From Squalus acanthias (lineage: Eukaryota): a stretch of 64,000 nucleotides of DNA. The stretch covers positions 70,620,001 through 70,684,000 of the forward strand of contig CM059432.1 in NCBI GenBank assembly GCA_030390025.1. The letters run 5' to 3'. Positions 14,093-27,946 of the stretch are shown piece after piece. Under the pieces are notes generated by a model, which saw nothing but the letters and a program-made list of their open reading frames with translations, was not told the origin of the DNA and did no database searches. Position 1 is the stretch's first letter. Each line of letters starts with the position of its first letter. The position numbers and the translations under genes were made by a program.

Positions 14093-15976
14093 TTACCTTC
14101 CTCTTACCCATGCTCCTACGTGGTGCTTCCCCTGTGGCTTTAGCAGATGTGGAGGCCCCTTGCTCACTTTCTTGCTGCTCCTGCCTCGACATCTTTGGCG
14201 GGTGTCCTCTGGGGTTGCGAGCCTGTGAGGGCTCGGCAACAGTCTGCTCTTCCTGCGGCTGTGCAGGGGCTGAGACGCCGATCTCAGTTGGGTGAGGGCT
14301 CTGGTCGTGTGAGCTCTTGGAGAGGAGCCCCCACTTCCTTGTTGTCTGCCACCAACATCCCTCCCATGGGTCAGCCCCACTTCAGAGCTAGCAAGTGGCT
14401 GGACAGCACCTTGCTGCACTTCAGGGAGGCTATGAGGATCCGTTTCTGTACTGAAAGTCCAGAGGACTTCCATGAAGGTCTGGTTTCTCTGCTCAATAGC
14501 TGACCATCGGTCCTCAAGAGATGTAGGTATATTCTGAACAATTACCATGTTTTCAAGACCCTGGCGACTAACCTCCTCTACGGTAGCCAGCCTTACCACG
14601 GAGATTGCCATCCTTTCCGTGGTGATGCGTTCATGCGCCAACGCCTCCACAAAGGCCCTGCTCATGTTAGCGATGGACTCCTCTATTCGCTCCACACTCT
14701 CAGCAACCCTGGAGACAAAACCTGCCAGAGACTCCTGCACCTGTTCCTGGAGTTCCAGCACCGCTCTCCTGGATGGACCCGGAGGCACAGGGTTGACATA
14801 CAGCGGAGATGAGCTGGGAGAGTCCTGCGCCCTCCGACGAGGACTCTCCACTGCTGTCCCTGTCTCCACCATCTGCTGATGCTCACTTGTGAGCTGTGAT
14901 ACACCAGGTGACAACTCTACTCTATGTCCCGAAGGTCCCACCAAGGTGTGAGGGTCTGCGCTGGTGCTGGGTGCGCTTAATTCTGCTGACGCTGCGCCCT
15001 CAGAGGTTGCAGCTTCCTCTGAGGAGTCTGGGGGCTCAGGCTGTTCCTTCTGGACAGTGGGGAGGGGGGCTGTCGATGGTCCTGTGGGGGAGTAAAGGAA
15101 AGAGTTAGACATGAGACAAACGTTGCATGCACATTGAATTGTGCAGATGATCATAAGTCAATCTGTTAGAGCATCAGAATCAATATCAGTCACTCATGCA
15201 ATGTCAATGAGAGAGATGGAAAACTATTCTGTCACCAGCTTGCTCTGATGCGCCCATCTGTCCGTCCCCCACTTGCGCATCCTCCTCCACTCCCACGATC
15301 TCCAGGGCTGCATCCTCTGCAGTGGTGAGCTAGGCTATTGAGGGTGGCCCTCCTCCTGTCCTCGCCCTCTCCCTCTTATTGTGGGCTCTCTTTTCCTGCA
15401 ATGAGGGAGACAAGTGGAGTTTGAGTGAGAATGAAGGAGTGAGTGTAGAGAATCCATAGCGTAGATGCTTAGAAGGACACAAAGATGGAGTGAGGTGCCA
15501 AGACCAAGGGCCCTCCCTGTGTGTTGTAAGTTGTTGTCATTGCATCACAGTGATAAGGAGTGTGAGGGCTGCATAGTCGAATAGTTAAGTGAATGTGAAC
15601 ATAGAGAGAGGGAATGGTTAAGGGTGCAGGGATGTAAGGGTCAAGTGGGATGTGGAGGAGGAGGTTGACAAAGCAGAGTGCTGGTGATGAGAGGCGATGG
15701 GGATCAGATTGAGGGTCATGAGGATGGAATACTCACTTTTCCTGTGCGGAGAAGGTCATGAAATCTCTTTCTGCACTGCAGCCAGGTTCTGCTGTACATT
15801 GAAATGGCACTGACCTCCTGTGCCACTTGCAGCCACACAGCGTTGGTCTGTTATGGAGGCTTTTTCCTCCCTGAAGAAGGAAACAGCACTTCCTTATTTG
15901 CTCTTGCTCCCTCCACCAGAGCTTGGAGGGAGTTCTCATCGAATCGGGGTGCGCACTTGGGTCTGGTGCCTGACAT
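14093..15976 (-). pseudogene. Harbinger Myb/SANT-like partner gene, 3 exons, disrupted
   Basis: Exon 1 from ATG at 15976 (MSGTRPKCAPRFDENSLQALVEG, premature stop); exon 2 ~15397-15235 (EKRAHNKRERARTGGGPP); exon 3 low-complexity/coiled coil within ORF 14093-15154. Confidence 0.8.
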
Positions 15977-16245
15977 AATCCCTCAGAAGTATTATGCTAA
16001 AGTTGAAAGGCTGAAAAAGAACCAAGGCTTGCAGGCTTTAAATGCAGCTGCATAGATGATGTCATCGGAGGCAAGTTTCAGCATCCAAATACTCATTGGG
16101 CCAGGGGTTCCCACACCCTGAAAATCAAGTGCCCAATTAGGGCAAAATCGCTCATTTGTCCCGCCTCACATCGGAGGCGGGGTCCGGACACGACAACCAC
16201 CTGACATGCCCCCAGCCCGCCCCCAATGACAAAATCCAGCCCATA

Positions 16246-16685
16246 GAGTTCAAAAGCAACGAAGTTATGATGAACCTTTATAAAACACTGGTTCGGCCTC
16301 AACAGCAGTATTCTGTACAATTCTGGGCACCGCACTTTAGGAAGGATGTGAAGGCCTTAGAGAGGGTGCAGAAAAGATTTACAAGAATGGTTCCAGGGAT
16401 GAAGAACTTCAGTTACGTGGATAGACTGGAGAAGCTGGGGTTGTTCTCCTTGGAGCAGAGAAGGTTGAGAGGAGATTTGATAGAGGTGTTCAAAATCATG
16501 AGTGGTCAAGACAGAGTAGTTAGAGAGAAACTGTTCCCATTGGCAGAAGGGTCAAGAACCAGAGGACACAGATTTAAGGTGATTGGCAGAAGAACCAAAG
16601 GCGACATGAGGAAAACTTTTTTTACGCAGCGAGTGGTTAGGATCTGGAATGCACTGCCTGAAAGGGTGGAGGAGGCAGATTCTGT
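16246..16685 (+). mobile_element. CR1 LINE, 3' part (continuation of 11388-12112)
   Basis: LYKTLVRP..YSVQFWAPHFRKDVKALERVQKRFTRM...FFTQRVVRIWNALP. Confidence 0.9.
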
Positions 16686-17840
16686 CATTAGGTCAGAAGT
16701 GGGGATGTTCACCGATGAACAGTGTTAAGTTGCATTCGCAACTCCTCATAATGAAGCTGTCTATGCCTGCATGCAGCAAGACCTGGACGACATTCAGGCT
16801 TGGGCTGATGTGTGGTGTGAATGTTACTTGCCACTTAAGTGCCAGGCAATGACTATCTCGAACAAGCGAGAGTCAAAGCACCGCCCCTTGACATTCAACA
16901 GCATTACCATCGCCGAATCCCCCACCATCAACATCCTGGGGGTCACCATTGACCAGAAATTTAACTGGACCAGCCACATAAATACTGTGGCAACAAGAGC
17001 AGGTCAAAGGCTGGGTATTCTGTGGCGAGTATCTCACCACCTGACTCCTCAAAGCCTTTCCACCATCTACAAGGCACAAGTCAGGAGTGTGATGGAATGC
17101 TCTCCACTTGCCTGTATGAGTGCAGCTCCTACAACAGTCGAGAAGCTTGACACCATCCAGGACAAAGCAGCCCGCTTGATTGCCACCCCATCCGCCACCT
17201 TAAACATTCACTCTCTCCACTACCGACACACTATGGCTGCAGTGTGTATCATCTACAAGATGCACTGCAGCAACTCACGAAGGTTTCTTCGACAGCACCT
17301 CCCAAACCCACGACCTCTACTACAACAGCAACAACAACTTGTATTTATATAGCGCCTTTAACTTAGTAAAATATCCCAAGGCACTGCACAGGAGTATTTT
17401 AAGACACAAAATTTGACACCAATCCACATATGGATTAATTAGGGCATTGACCAAAAGCTTGGTCAAAGAGGTAGGTTTTAAGGAGCGTCTTAAAGGAGGA
17501 AAGAGAGGTAGTGAGACGGACAGGTTTAGGCAGGGAATTCCAGAGCTTAGGGCCTAGGCAACAGAAGGCACGGCCACCAATGGTTAAGCAATTATAATCA
17601 GGGATGCTCTACCACCTAGAAGGACAAGGGCAGCAGGCGCATAAGAACACCATCACCTGTAAGTTCCCCTCCAAGTTACACACCATCCTGGAACTCCCTC
17701 CCTAACAGCACTGTGGAAGTACCTTCACCACACGGACTGCAGCAGTTCAAGAAGGCGGCTCACCACCACCTTCTCGAGGGCAATTAGGGATGGGCAATAA
17801 ATGCTGGCCTTGCCAGCGACTCCCACATCCCAGTAACAAA
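16686..17840 (+). mobile_element. Second CR1-group LINE (HER1-like) 3' portion, interrupted by an L2 tail
   Basis: RT C-terminal peptide QQDLDDIQAWAD...IYKAQVRSVME; 3' tail GGCAATTAGGGATGGGCAATAAATGCTGGCC; resumes at ~17607 after the insert. Confidence 0.7.
17324..17606 (-). mobile_element. L2-type 3' fragment nested in LINE
   Basis: (CAA)n-CTTGTATTTATATAGCGCC tail; flanked by near-duplicated CTCTAC(T/C)AC. Confidence 0.65.
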
Positions 17841-18872
17841 TGAAAATAATCTAAAAAGGACAATTGCAAGGGGGACGTTTCACCAGGTTGGAAAGAAGCC
17901 AACAAGCTCTCAAAAGACCACAAAACAAACATGGGTATATACATTAGTCTCCCCTTAATAACTGACAAGATAATGGAATTGCTTAGTAGGAACAAACTTC
18001 AGGAGATCCTATATGAAAATAACCTTGTAAATGGCTGTCAATAGTGTTTCAGAAGGGGGACATCATGGCTGACCAACATTCTTGACTTCAATAAAGTATT
18101 GCACGAAAACCTGTTACAGAAGCTAGGTAAAATGTGGTGAGGATGTTACTAAATTAAAGGAGCAGTTCAATCTGATGAAATGCCCAAGGAACTACAGAAG
18201 GACCTAGACAAAATTTGCGAAATGGGCAGAAGTATGGCAGTTAAATTCAGTACAGATAAGAACATAAGAATTAGGAACAGGAGCAGGCCATACAGCCCCT
18301 CAAGCCTGCAATCAATAAGATCATGGCTGATCTTCGACCTCAACTCCACTTTCCTGCCCTAGCCCCATATCCCTTAATTCCTCTGGAGTCCAAAAATCTA
18401 TCTATCTCAGCCTTGAATATACTCAACATGTTCAACATGTTGCACATGGGAATAAAAAATGCAAGGGTTGGCGTATTTACTCAATGTGAAAGCAGATTTT
18501 ACTATTTCATCATGGTGTAGTGCTTAGTGGCCCTGAATCACTTTGGTGGTTCTGCTATCACTCTGGCAGTAATCCAGGAGAACCTACTGGAAAACAGCAG
18601 GACCCAGTTGTGCTGGATCCCCACTAATTCCAGGATTTACTAGTTGGCATTGTAAGGAGTGGAACTTCTACCCAACCCTTACACGTTCAATGATGTAATG
18701 GCACAGTCTTAGGAGCAGCACCAGAGACAAGAACTCCAAGCCGGAAGTCCCTGCTTCCCTGACTAAGTTGGGACCCGGCATAGGGCCAGACACGGGTAGA
18801 TAGAGATAAATGAGGTATACTGGCCTCCAGAAGGGTGCAAGTGAGCCCTACCATCTATGCAAGCGGAGTAGT

Positions 18873-19195
18873 CCAGAGAGTCTCGAACTAGGGGCATAGT
18901 CTCAGGATAAGGGATCGGCCATTTAAGACTGAGATGAGGGGGAATTTCTTCACTCAGAGGGTTGTGAATCTTTGGAATTCTCTGCCCCAAAGGGCTGAGG
19001 ATGCTGAGTCGTTGAGTATATTCAAAGCTGAGACAGATAGATTTTTGGATACTAAGGGAATCGAGGGATATGGGGAAAGTGTGGGAAGGTGGAGTTGAGG
19101 TGCAAGATCAGCAATGATCTTATTAAATGGTGGAGCAGGCTCGAAGGGCCGAATGGCCTACACCTGCTCCTAATTTTTATGTTCTTGCGTTCTTA
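18873..19195 (+). mobile_element. CR1 3' end fragment
   Basis: Matches 3' ends of the other CR1 copies (TTCTTCACTCAGAGGGTTGTGAATCTTTGG...GGCCGAATGGCCTAC). Confidence 0.8.
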
Positions 19196-19699
19196 CCCCA
19201 ACACTGAAAAAATTATAAATAATTCTGATTCGTCCCCTTAGACAGGGAGGGGTGTTAAGGGGACTTAGAATTATGCACGGGCAGACCCATCCTCCATTGT
19301 ATGCAGGTGCTGGATTTGCCAGCTGCATGGGACAGGTGGGTATCTGCAATGCAGCCATATTGGCATAGGCACCTACCTGTTCCCTAAAATTAGGTATCGT
19401 CCCACTGATTGCGCAAACTTCGGTAAAGTCAGTGCTGGAGGACATTGGCAGACCTGATCCTGGCATAACTACCAGGATTGTAGCTCATGGACTTTCAGTG
19501 CCTGAGTCTATAATTCACACTTCATTATTTATTAACGTTATTGCCCATCAGTTCTTCCTGAGATTTGCATTGGGGATTACATTTTTTTCAATTTACTTCA
19601 TATATTATCTGACATGGCTTTATTAGATATTTGTAATAATTGTTGCTGAAACATGCAAGAGACATTCTAACTCTTAAAATGTATTTTGTTCTATTGTAG

Positions 19700-19882
<183 letters not shown>

Positions 19883-21540
19883 TGATTAAAAATGTTACAA
19901 ATTTTACAATTCCACTAAACTGCTATGGATTTAAAAGACTTATTTAAAATGGTTAATGATAAATGGAGCATAATTAAAATAAGATGTTTATCTTCATAAT
20001 TATAAAATAAAAATGGAAAATAACTGACCTTTTTCACTAGTCCTTCAGGAATTTGAGGGTCAATTTCCTTGAAGGTTCTCCTTCTCATCCTCTAATTTTG
20101 GCAGAAATGGCATAAATAGCTTTTATACTATTTTTCCAGGGTTTAATGAGGCTGAAGCCTCCTTTTCACGTTCACTGGCTCAATGGATACTAAAAGCAGT
20201 GTGGATGCTTATCTTTCAGTTTCTGTGCAGTGGTTGAGTTGCTATGATTTTCCTGTAACCATTGCTTCCCAGACTCTTCTCAGTTGATTATTTTAAATGG
20301 GGTCCTTATTAAGTAAATGTCAGATTCATAATTTTATGCATCTTTATCACAAGAGCCAGCAAATCAGTGGTGATAGAAATTGCTACCTTTTAGTTTCTGA
20401 TCTCAAAGAATAAAAGAACCTTTTATCAATTCAAGCGACATTTTGTGGTGATGTCAGCTGATTTTAATTGGTAGCAAAACTGTTACTAATTGTGTTTTAT
20501 ACCATGTCTACTAGTCTAAGAAAAATCTTTGTCTTTATATTTGGGTATCTCTGTTAGTTAAGTGTAATATAGCAAAAGTTAAACAAAATCTCTTAATCTT
20601 AATTTAATAGGAACCATGATGGACATGGGCATCTGACTGTGTCTAATAGCTTAGACTGGGAGGTTACAAGTGCATGTGAATATATTTCCACTTTAACTCC
20701 CTGATTATAGTCACTTTGTGAACCAAAGGTATTCTCAAAACTTTAACTTGTAGGGCCTATTATCATGGGTCCTATGATTTATCTTTGATTCTCAACCAGT
20801 CTGAAATACTTTTAATTATAGCTGAGAAGATGTTCCTGAAGTGGATAATTAAAGTTGCTCTGTTACTAAGGCACTGATTCTCATGTTGGACATGAATTTG
20901 AATATAATTTACAAAATTCTGGTTGACTCTTGGTTATGAACACTTCCACCAGCATTTTCATAACGTATTGAATTTAACACCATTTTCTCCTGGATAGTAT
21001 CACTGGCTTAAGTTTTGACTCAGCAGTTCCAAAACAGAATTAAATTTCACTTAATTTTCTTTGAGATGTGGCATTCCATTTATCAATGGCAGGGGAAATT
21101 ATCCTGCATTCGAAAGGTTGCCTCTGATAGCAATAATAACCATGATCCAGAACCCCTTGTCCATGGAGCATATAAAGAATTGTTTTTACAAAGTTATGGT
21201 ATTATGAAAAATTGTGACAACATATCAGTAGAAAATTTTAATTACCATATAATTAAGTTTCACAGATCCTGCTTCATTCCAACACCTTTCTTTGGCTATT
21301 CCATAGATGTATTTTCTCTCACTCTCGTTTTTGTCAATCTATATTCCTTGGTTTCTTATTCTGAGCTATATTTGGGAAGGGGAGTGTGGTTTGGGGGGGC
21401 GACACTGTCATTATATCTGTGCATAGCTGCTTAGCATTTATATTCTCCTTGTACTATGACATGCTTCAGTGTTCTGACTATTTCTCACTTAGGAGGAAGT
21501 TGGGTTCCAGAAGGTAAACCGAAGTTCAAAAGATAATTGA

Positions 21541-21720
<180 letters not shown>

Positions 21721-24646
21721 TGACCACCATGGCATAATATTGCTGGACATGTTATTTGCTCCATATGACTACTCTCTGCAGTGACATTAGATTTGGTTTC
21801 AAATATTTTTCTTTAAAGGATCCTTCACCCTCCATTTTCTCCTCTCCTTTCGACTCTTGCTGCAATATGACGGACCTCTGGTACATTGCCCAAGTGGCCA
21901 TGTGCAAGCCTAGAACAGAGTCTACAGACTATTCAATAGTGGAGGACATCACAGCCCCATCCTGTCCTGTTTTACACACTTCCGACAGGGATCCGTCAAT
22001 AGCAATCAGACTCTGATTCTCTCTTTGCCCTTCATCCTTGCTACTGGGGTGAATTGTAGTACACCAGGTAACTACACAGATTGGGGAATCAAACCTGAGA
22101 TGGCTTAGCAGTACATCAGGTGGCACCTGTGACAAAAATGAATTCATTCTGTGTTACTTTAATTCTGTAGCGGTCCCTTTAAGTCAATCATTCGTCATAA
22201 GGAGTTTAAAAAACCTAGTTATCGTCAGAATCTTGTGCAAAGGTTAACTTGACACAACTGTGGCAAGTTTCATGGTTGTCTGCAAAGCCTGAAACAGAAG
22301 CTACTTTACAACAAATAAAGATGATATTTGTTCAGTTATGTGTTTGCTGGTCAGATATTATATGGTTGACAATTAGTCCTGGTAACTTTTCATATATATT
22401 TAAGGAGCCATGGCTATTAGAATCTGAGATTCTGTTTGGAACTTCCAAGAGATATAGTTCACTGCAGCACAGCTTCTGCAGTGGTAAGAAATACAAGATA
22501 AAGAAGGATTGCACATATATAAAAGTTACTTGCAAAAGAATAGCTTAATGTTTATATTGCAATCTTTATTTTTCTTTTGAAGAATAAATAGAAGGATTTC
22601 TACTGTGAATCTAATTATATATCATATTACTGCTATTTAAAAGTCAAAAGCCAGAAAAGGCATCTTTTGTTCATCTTTTGCTACATAAATTCACTTAATA
22701 GTTTAAAACTAAAAGATCTGATAATGTGATGATCAGTGGAAATGAGCTATCACTATTGATCTTATCACAACCCTTTATAATCTTGAAGAATTTTATTGGG
22801 CCACCCTTAACCTCCACTTTACTACCACAACAATAACTACTACTTGTCTTTATGTTAATGTTTAGTGCAAAAGCCCTAACTCCTCAAATGGCACTTTGTA
22901 ACTGTAACCATTTATCCCTGGTAACATCCTAGTGAATCTACTCTGCACCTTTTTGCATTGCTCTTACATCTTTCCTGTTGTGGGATGCCCAAAACTGCTG
23001 CACAATACTCCAACTTCAGCTAAGATCTTGTTCAAGTTCAACATGACCTCCTTTTGCATTCTATGCCTTTTGATGCAAAACCAGTGACTAAGTATACTCA
23101 GCTCTGGAATATAAGAACATAAAAAATAGGAGCAGGAGTAGACCATTTGGCCCCTCGAGCCTGCTACCCACTGAGCCACAGCTGACACTGAGCAGGAACA
23201 TATATGCATATTATAAGGTTTGTGTTGTTTAAATGTAAGTACTTCTCTCTCACTTTATAGAAGAAATTGTTTGCTTCTGAAGAGTTTTAATTAGCTTTTT
23301 TCTTTAAAAATGTGTAAAAAATCCTTACCAGCATAGAGAATCTCAGCACAGGTCTCACACTCTGCTGAGACATTCTGACATCACCATCTGCCAGCATTGT
23401 GGAAGCTGTAATTAGGGATCACTCTTGCCACTTCTACAGGCTATGAATGCAGAATCTCCCAGTCTATAGCATGGTTTCTCATAGTCACATGGCTCCAGAA
23501 CAGGTCCAAAAGTAGCATTTCCACTCCTTACTATGGAGCCACTCTGGGATGCTCCCCATTGGTGATTTCAGTGCAGTGCCCTACCAATGCACGAAGCCTG
23601 ATTTTTGACCGTCTCCACGATGGTAAAAAAAAGTTAAGTTGAGTACGTATATATTAAAAATGTAATCAAAATTTTCCTGTGCTTAATGGCCCTGAATTTG
23701 CGGTTGGAGGCGTACCTCCAGAGTACGCCTCCGACCCACAAAATATTTCCGAACTTACCTCCTGGCTCCACAGCTTCGGAGAGTTCAGGTCCTGGGCCTC
23801 CAGGCGTACGCCTGCGTAAAGGCCCATGGATCCCAGGGACGCAGGCGGTTTGGAAACATCCCTGGGATCACGTGGGCCAGGTCCTCCGGAATGAGAAAGG
23901 AGGATTCCGTTTCCGAATGGAATCCCCATAAACTCTAATGGAATCCCGAAATAATTAAACAATTTAGACAATGACAAAAATAAATGTTCTCATTTTCAAA
24001 TTTAATTAAAAGTTCCTTCAATACGGCAGATACAATAAAAAAAATTAATTTTTTGGAAAATAATTTTAAGCATTTTAATCTGGGCCAATTTTGCATAAAC
24101 TAATTTTAAGGCCGGAATTTTCCCAGTGCCAAGCGTGTAGGTTTGGGGGCGGGTCGGCAGTTAAATTTGCGGCAATTGACCGCGTTGGGATTCCGCCGAC
24201 TTCCGCATTTAACTCTGGCGCGTTTTGAGGCGCGCCAAGGACCCGCTCAGGAGAGGTGGGCGACCTCATTGAGGTCACTAACTGCTTGTTGAGAGACTGT
24301 TAACTGCCTTTTTAACCTCAGGTTTTGGCTTTAACTTCTTGCGCATGGGATTCACGCACCTCGGGAACCTCGCCTGTGAAGGGGAGGCGGAAGCTCAATG
24401 GCCATTGTGCGAGTCCATTTAAGTAATAGCTGGGAAAAACACACAAATACTCCCACATTACACCTGCTTCTTTCCCGAATGGAAAGGCTCTTGCTGACTC
24501 CATTTTGTGCAGAGATTTGGCTGTCAGGAGTTTGCAGGTGATTTCCACAACCTCAGAAGCCACTCTCACCACATTGCTAGTCACAATCAGAACATTGAAG
24601 GATTGTGCCTCTGATCTCCACTTTATCTGCCATCTGTTCGATCAAC

Positions 24647-25808
24647 ATGGGTGCCACTTATGCTGTCTCACCTTGGACATCAGAATCAGACCAAGATGAG
24701 CCCTAGCACCAACAACACCAGCCACACCAGCAATCACAACAGCAGCCTTCTCCTCAATGGCCTGATGCTCCACAAGAGAGAGGGGGGCACCACAGGGCTG
24801 CAGCGCACCAGGGGCAATACCCCCAACACAGGGTATACAGGCAGAGGATGAGCTTCCTGGACATGACTGAACAGACATTTGTAGCTTGCTGGAACAAGAC
24901 CTGCAGCCCAGAGGAGTGGGTGGACATGCCTTACCAGTGGCTGTCAAAGTCACCACCACCCTCAACGTCTTCACCTCAGGCTCCTTCCAGGGATCTGCAA
25001 CAGACATTTGCAGGATCTCGCAGTCGGCCGCCCACAGATGCATCACCCAGGTGACCGATGCCATGTTTCACAAGTCAGCCAATTATGTGAACTTTGCCAC
25101 TGATAATGCCAGTGTTACTGAGCAGGAGCTCGGATTTGCGGCTCTGGCTGGCTTCCCACAGGTGCAGGGTGTCATCGACTGCACACGTGGCCACCAAGGC
25201 ACCCTCATCACCCAGGAACATTTGTGAACCACAAGGGCTTCCACTCCCTCAATGTGCAGCTCGTCTGCAACCATATAAAGATCATGCATATGTGAGCCAG
25301 ATTCCCAGGGAGTTATCATGACTCTTTTGTGTTGCGCCAGTCCACCCTCCCTCAGTTATTTGTCCCTCCAAACAGACTTATCAGCTGGCTGCTTGGAGAC
25401 GAGGGCTATCCACTGAAGACGTGGCTGATGACACCCTTGAGGAGGCCAAGTAATGAGGCTGAGGAACATTATAGTGACAGCCACATGTCCACTAGATGTG
25501 TCATAGAGCAAGCAATCGGCATCATGAAGATGCGCTTCAGATGCCTTGACAGATCTGGAGGAGCCGTTCAGTACGCACCAGCCAGGGTCTCCAGAACCAT
25601 CGTCATTTGCTGTGCGCTGCACAACAGAGCATAGCAGCAAGGATTGGAGCTGCAGGAGGAGCAAGACGCAGAGCGCACAGCCACTTCGGCGGAGGAGGAG
25701 GAACAGGTGGAACATGAAGAGGAGGAGGAGGAACCTAAGGTGGAGATGGCACCAGCAGCAGTGCATATTGCGGCCCGGGATAGCCTCATAATGGCCAGAT
25801 TTACTTAA
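24647..25808 (+). pseudogene. Harbinger DDE transposase, frameshifted
   Basis: [34 protein letters not shown]; collinear with 12620-13825. Confidence 0.9.
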
Positions 25809-26106
25809 CTTGCACCAGTGCACCCATATGGCTCCCAAATGCTGTACCAACTCCCCCCGCGCCCAATCTACGCCACAAAGCAGCCCTACAATGACCAAAC
25901 CATTCCTGTCACCCAAACCCCCATTGCTCGAGGTTAAGTCATGTCTCACCATTCACTCCAAGTGACAAAGCCACTTCCCAGGTAGCAGGCAAAAAATGGA
26001 GAAGACAGGAAAGTTGTGCAAAGAAATACATTTATGTGTGTCATAAATAGAACTGAAACTTAACATTAATATTTTTTCATACATCCACATGCATACCCTT
26101 GTGCAG

Positions 26107-27946
26107 CTAGGATTGTGTCTTTTTTCTTTTCCGAGTGCTTCTACGAGATGCAACCCCTGTGGCTTCAGCAGAGGTAGAGGCAGGCAGCTCACTTCCCTGC
26201 TGCAACTGCTTAAACACTTTTGGCGGACATGCTCTGGGTTTTAGAGTCTGTGGGGGCCCTGCCAAAGACTGCTCCTCCTGCGACTGTGCAGGGGCAGACT
26301 CGGCCATCAGGATCCGAGGCAACATGTGGGGCTCTGACTGAGGGGGGAGGTAACTGGGGAAAGTGTGAACACTTTGAGAAGAGCCCCATTTCCATGTCCC
26401 CTCTCACCATCATCCCTCTCATGGGCCACCCACACTTCCCTGCTAGCAAGAAGCTGTAAAGCACCTTGCTGCATATCAGCGGGGCGAGGAACACCGAAGT
26501 CTAGATTAATATTCCTCCTCGAGATGAGGTCAATGAGTGTCTGCCATCTGTTGTCCCCAGCAAGCATCTTCTCATTGGACTGGCGCATTTGCTGCTCCAT
26601 GCAGGTGGCCATCCTCTCCATGGAACAGCACATCGTTGCCATCGCCTGCGAGATGGTGGTGCTCATGTTGGAGATGCACTCCTCCATTCTCTCTACATTT
26701 TCACACATCGCGGGTGCAAAAGCTGCCAGAGCCTCATGCAATTGTTGCTGCCCCTCCAAGATCACCCTCTTTCTCGATGGGCCCCCGAGGTTCAGCATCT
26801 GCATGCAGCTCAGCGGAGCTTGGAGTGTCCTGCGCCCTCCGGCGAGGAGTCTCCATTGCTGTCCCTGTCAACACCATCTGCTCTTGCTCAGTTGTGAAGT
26901 GTGAGACACCAGGTGACAACACTACTCTATATCCCACAGGACCCACCGAGGTGCACGTATCTGTGCTGGTGCTGGGTGCGCTTGGGTCTGCTGGCGGTGC
27001 ACCCTCAGAGAATGGAGCTTCCTCTGAGGAGTCATCTCCTCCTCTGGCTGGGCCGTGGGGGGGCTGCTTGATGGACCTGTGAGAGTAAAGAGATGAATTA
27101 GAAGTGTTATAATAAGAATGGATAACGTTACCATTATGCACATGATGACATTTCACTGGCTGCTGACATCAGTCACCATATGAGTGACTGTTGTATGCCA
27201 TGTGACTTTGAGATGTGATTTTTGTCACCAGGTTGCTGGGAGATCCCCCTCTCTCCATCTCCCACCACCAGCAGCTCTGCAAGTTCAGAGATCCTTAGGG
27301 CCTCCTCCTCTGCTGGAGTCAAATTTGGAAAGACTGGAGGGCCACCTCCGGTTCTCTGCCTCTCCCTGTTGTTGTGAGCTCGCTCCTCCTGCAAGGAGGG
27401 AAAGAAGAGAAGTTTGAGTGAGAGTGATGGAATGAGTGTAAGGAATGGATGGGCTACATCTGTAGAGGGTGACTGAGGGAGTGGGGTGACATTGCCAAAT
27501 GGCCTCCTTCTGTGGTGTTACTTGCTATGATTGCATTAGGATGAGGGTGAGTGTCAGTGGTGGTTAGTCAGATGGGGATGTGAGTAGGTGCATAGACAGA
27601 GGGATGGGTGGACCTGCAAGGTAGGCTGGTGTGAGGAATGATGTGTGGGAGTAGGCTTGGGAAGGCAGAGTGATGAGGTTGGGGTGTCAGGCACATCAGG
27701 ATGTAGCTGAGTGTGGCATTGCACTCCCCTTTCCTGAGATCATTGAATCTCTTACGGCACTGGATCCACATCCCTGCTGCTGACCACCTCTGGGATGTCT
27801 AGCTGTGGCCTCTTAGTGTCTTTTGCTGGTCTTTTTCTGCCATCTGCAGGGAAGAGGATCTCCCTGCGTGCTCTTATTCCCTGGACCAGCACTTCCAGGG
27901 AGGCATCTGGGAATCTTGGGGCTGCCCTCTGCCTTTGTGTCTCCAT
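26107..27946 (-). pseudogene. Harbinger Myb/SANT-like partner gene, disrupted
   Basis: METQRQRAAPRFPDASLEVLVQG; W.QCRKRFNDL; EERAHNNRERQRTGGGPP; C-terminal basic tail RRSTRKRKK. Confidence 0.8.

Larger units (their letters stand above)
12113..16242 (+). mobile_element. PIF/Harbinger transposon 2, full length (4130 bp), inactive
   Basis: TIRs GGGCTCGATTTTG / CAAAATCCAGCCC; 3-bp TSD ATA (12110-12112, 16243-16245); removal restores the CR1 sequence; convergent transposase and Myb/SANT genes. Confidence 0.92.

Noticed and set aside
14093..15154. 353-aa ORF as a novel gene
   Set aside because: It is the last exon of the Harbinger Myb/SANT partner plus intron read-through; homologous to 26107-27080.
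18715..18872. GC-richer segment fused to a CR1 3' end
   Set aside because: Could be a fragment of another repeat, but no motif, ORF or terminus supports a call.
1..19699. Further upstream LYN exons
   Set aside because: I could not find the expected short GSLLDFLK-type exon; it is probably before the window, though a miss by eye is possible.
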